A stretch of DNA of 50,076 nt from a virus (lineage: Duplodnaviria > Caudoviricetes). How positions within the stretch are numbered: the stretch's first letter is position 1; the number at the start of each line of letters is the position of its first letter. Positions 47,797-50,076 of this stretch are shown one piece after another. The notes below the pieces were generated by a model that was not told the DNA's origin, did not search any database, and saw only the letters and a list, made by a program, of their open reading frames with translations. Made by a program: the position numbers and the translations under genes. The stretch lies in IMG/VR virus record IMGVR_UViG_3300005512_000050, positions 1-50,076 of that record; one strand, given 5' to 3'.

Positions 47797-48090
47797 CTAC
47801 CATTTAACTTTATGTGACCAGTACTTTGCTGATAGCTTACTAGTCGGTTTACCTTGTGCATTATGTCTAGCATAATACGACTTCTTACGTGCCTTGTCCT
47901 TCGCAGTTGTAGGAGATTTCCCAGCACCTTTAACGCCCTGCTGTCCAAAGCGAATAAACTTATATGTATCACCTTCCTTTGCCATCACCTTGTGTGACTT
48001 CGTAGGATGGTCAGGGTCACGTTTAGGTTTGTTTACACCTTCTAACCCTTCTTCTTTCATTTTATTTTTAACACGCTCTGGAACTGCCAT
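47797..48090 (-). CDS. basic conserved-type hypothetical protein
   Basis: IRFGQQG...RKKSYYARH...SAKYWS..KW. Confidence 0.65.
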   Translation of the reverse strand: MAVPERVKNKMKEEGLEGVNKPKRDPDHPTKSHKVMAKEGDTYKFIRFGQQGVKGAGKSPTTAKDKARKKSYYARHNAQGKPTSKLSAKYWSHKVKW

Positions 48091-48281
48091 TAAACGCCTC
48101 TATCAAACTTACACTGAAATGAAAATGAATGCGGTGTACCCAGTACCTCTGCTACATCTGTGACTATTACTGCTGCACGTTCCTCGCACTGCACTTCCTT
48201 TACATATGGTCCGTATACATCTTCAACTATGATGCATTGTCCTGTCATCATTGAACATGCCATTACGAATGTTGTAAACAT
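48090..48281 (-). CDS. small Cys-containing hypothetical protein
   Basis: Four Cys and GPY...C motif; coupled to the next gene. Confidence 0.55.
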   Translation of the reverse strand: MFTTFVMACSMMTGQCIIVEDVYGPYVKEVQCEERAAVIVTDVAEVLGTPHSFSFQCKFDRGV

Positions 48282-48282
48282 T

Positions 48283-48495
48283 TTAATCTTCCCAGCCTTC
48301 CAGACGCATATAGTCCTCTGTTTCTTTCAGAGTGAACTTACGTGGGGAAAACTTAGTCTCCAATGCATTACGCACATAGAATACATCGCTATGTGGTATG
48401 TGAAGACGGTCAAGTGAGTTGGTACGAAGGGCTTCATAGAAAGCTGGAAGTACATCGTCTGTGTATAGTTTTACAGATTTCTTAGCCAAAGTCAA
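48283..48495 (-). CDS. hypothetical protein, first gene of the late arm
   Basis: HIPHSDVFYVR; downstream of a strong promoter; non-ATG start. Confidence 0.55.
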   Translation of the reverse strand: MTLAKKSVKLYTDDVLPAFYEALRTNSLDRLHIPHSDVFYVRNALETKFSPRKFTLKETEDYMRLEGWED

Positions 48496-48544
48496 GAACT
48501 TTCTTACAAATGTACAGATATTTATATTAATGGGGATTATTTAG

Positions 48545-48647
48545 AGTGTTTTCACTTATAGTGTTCATTGTTAGTGAATTAACAAAGAAAATATAATAAC
48601 ATTATAAGTGTATTTATATTATTAGTGTATAAACACTTATAGTGTAT
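48545..48647. repeat. AT-rich array of AGTG-containing sites, including CACTTATAGTG dyads
   Basis: AGTG at 48545, 48560, 48573, 48607, 48624 and 48641; the last three have 17-bp period. Confidence 0.6.
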
Positions 48648-48671
48648 CACTCTTAATGGTTTAATAAAGTA

Positions 48672-48700
48672 ATTATACCACGGATTATGATATCAGTCAA
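48672..48700 (-). promoter_or_regulatory. promoter of the late (packaging/lysis) arm
   Basis: TTGACT-17 bp-TATAAT with extended TG. Confidence 0.8.
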
Positions 48701-49117
48701 CCCCTAAAATACAGTAGGGGTAAATTATTCCTGTATTAGGCATATTTTTAGAACAATTTTCTATTATACATGCATAACAGGTACACACAAATGTTCTATT
48801 GCCGTTGTGGTTAACACTTAAAATACCTAATCTGTGTATTTCTCCATGTATACTACGTGTATACCCCCCCGTGGCTCCTGCATGGTCGCTTGTTTGCCGT
48901 TTCTATCATAATGACCGCTATGTTGCTGTAATAAAATACTAATATGCTTTAATAAAAGCTAATAAAATCAATAACTAACTGAATATATAGATTAAAAGGC
49001 AATAGATATCAGATTTATTGCCGATTATATGTTCTTTTAAAAATGTTCACTTTGTAAATCTTTACAGAATAACTAATACGGGTGCATGTAAATTTATACT
49101 ATATCCCCTTATCACTA

Positions 49118-49132
49118 TGTCACTGAGTGACA
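49118..49132. promoter_or_regulatory. palindromic site TGTCACTGAGTGACA, copy 2
   Basis: Identical to 26-40. Confidence 0.55.
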
Positions 49133-49306
49133 GTACATAACCAGAACGAAACATGAACGAACTAGGAACAACAACGTCAACAATACTTACCTATTTATAC
49201 GCATATTTGACATAACAAAATTATAAGATGCTATCCATTTATTGAAACAATATTACACAATGTCATTATTCTTTCCACAATGTGAAAACATTACCACTTA
49301 CGGGGA

Positions 49307-49335
49307 TTGACAGGAAAACAGCCATAGATTAACTT
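49307..49335 (+). promoter_or_regulatory. early promoter
   Basis: TTGACA-17 bp-TAACTT upstream of ORF 49399. Confidence 0.6.
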
Positions 49336-49371
49336 GTTTGAAAGATTAAGCAATAACGCATTAATCATAGC

Positions 49372-49385
49372 GTCACTGAGTGACA
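49372..49385. promoter_or_regulatory. palindromic site GTCACTGAGTGACA, copy 3
   Basis: 14 of 15 bases match; in the 5' UTR just before the GAAAG RBS. Confidence 0.55.
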
Positions 49386-49398
49386 GAAAGACAAAACA

Positions 49399-50076
49399 AT
49401 GACTAATCAAACAACAAACACAACAAATATTAACGCTGATTTCTCAAAGACAATGGTTTCATTCCAAAAGAGGAAAGACAGTGCCGATAAAGCGCAAGCA
49501 AAATTCTTTCATGATAATTTTGAGACAGCTATCTTATTTCAAGAATACATACAATTAACTAATAAGAATTGTTTCAAAAAAGATGATAAAGGCAATTTGA
49601 AGCTATCCAAAAATGGCAAGCCACTAGTGGATAATAAAAAGCTATCTGAAATGTTAACAGAAACACCTTTTGGCAATGCTACATGGATTTTAGAACGTGC
49701 TTTTCGCAATGAAAAATCCGTTATTCTCAACACTACATCCGAACAAACACGCGAAAATATGGCTAATAATCCAGATAGCAATGCGACTGCATGGCATGGA
49801 TTAGAACAAGCTGAGAAAAAGCGTATTGCAAAAATTGCACGTGAAATGAAAAAAGATGATACAAAAGACACGCCAAAAATTGAAGCTATCAATAATGATG
49901 ATGATGATATTGAAAATGCACCATTGGCAATACGTCAAACTATTGGCAAAATTACAGCCGATAAAGATTATCAAAATTTAAATTCTTCTCAGGTGTATTC
50001 TCACATGACTAATATTTTAAAAGCACTATTAAAAGATAACGGGATATCTAATACATCATACAAAACGTATCTTAAA
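49399..50076 (+). CDS. early hypothetical protein, truncated by the window end (not in ORF track)
   Basis: 226 open codons MTNQTTNTTNINADF...; promoter and RBS upstream; no stop in the window. Confidence 0.7.
   Translation, partial: MTNQTTNTTNINADFSKTMVSFQKRKDSADKAQAKFFHDNFETAILFQEYIQLTNKNCFKKDDKGNLKLSKNGKPLVDNKKLSEMLTETPFGNATWILERAFRNEKSVILNTTSEQTRENMANNPDSNATAWHGLEQAEKKRIAKIAREMKKDDTKDTPKIEAINNDDDDIENAPLAIRQTIGKITADKDYQNLNSSQVYSHMTNILKALLKDNGISNTSYKTYLK

Noticed and set aside
48500-49398. tRNA gene or attP tRNA fragment
   Set aside because: No cloverleaf or T-arm consensus found by eye; tRNAscan-SE would be decisive.
49539-49892. Minus-strand 117-aa ORF from the track
   Set aside because: Shadow of the longer plus-strand ORF at 49399, which has a promoter and RBS.

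Overview
The window is most of a marine podovirus genome of the HMO-2011/Roseobacter-CRP type, probably infecting an alphaproteobacterium. The diagnostic features are a family A DNA polymerase with a DnaJ-like zinc finger, a tyrosine integrase ahead of primase/helicase, a class II ribonucleotide reductase and no phage RNA polymerase. The plus-strand replication arm (about 95-12976) meets a minus-strand morphogenesis/lysis arm (13005-48495) at a bidirectional terminator. An AT-rich non-coding zone (about 48500-49400) probably holds the genome end and is followed by a first early gene that runs off the window. The most interesting signals are: (1) a recurrent hydrophobic-x-x-Gly-Gly motif in probable packaged proteins, including a 45-aa basic peptide built from it; (2) a 909-aa protein between portal and scaffold with pre-toxin-like, putative enzymatic and 'GEFV' core parts joined by that motif; (3) a shared structured RNA module in the scaffold and capsid leaders; (4) two families of repeated DNA palindromes tied to promoters. 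All family assignments come from motif recognition only; no searches were run.
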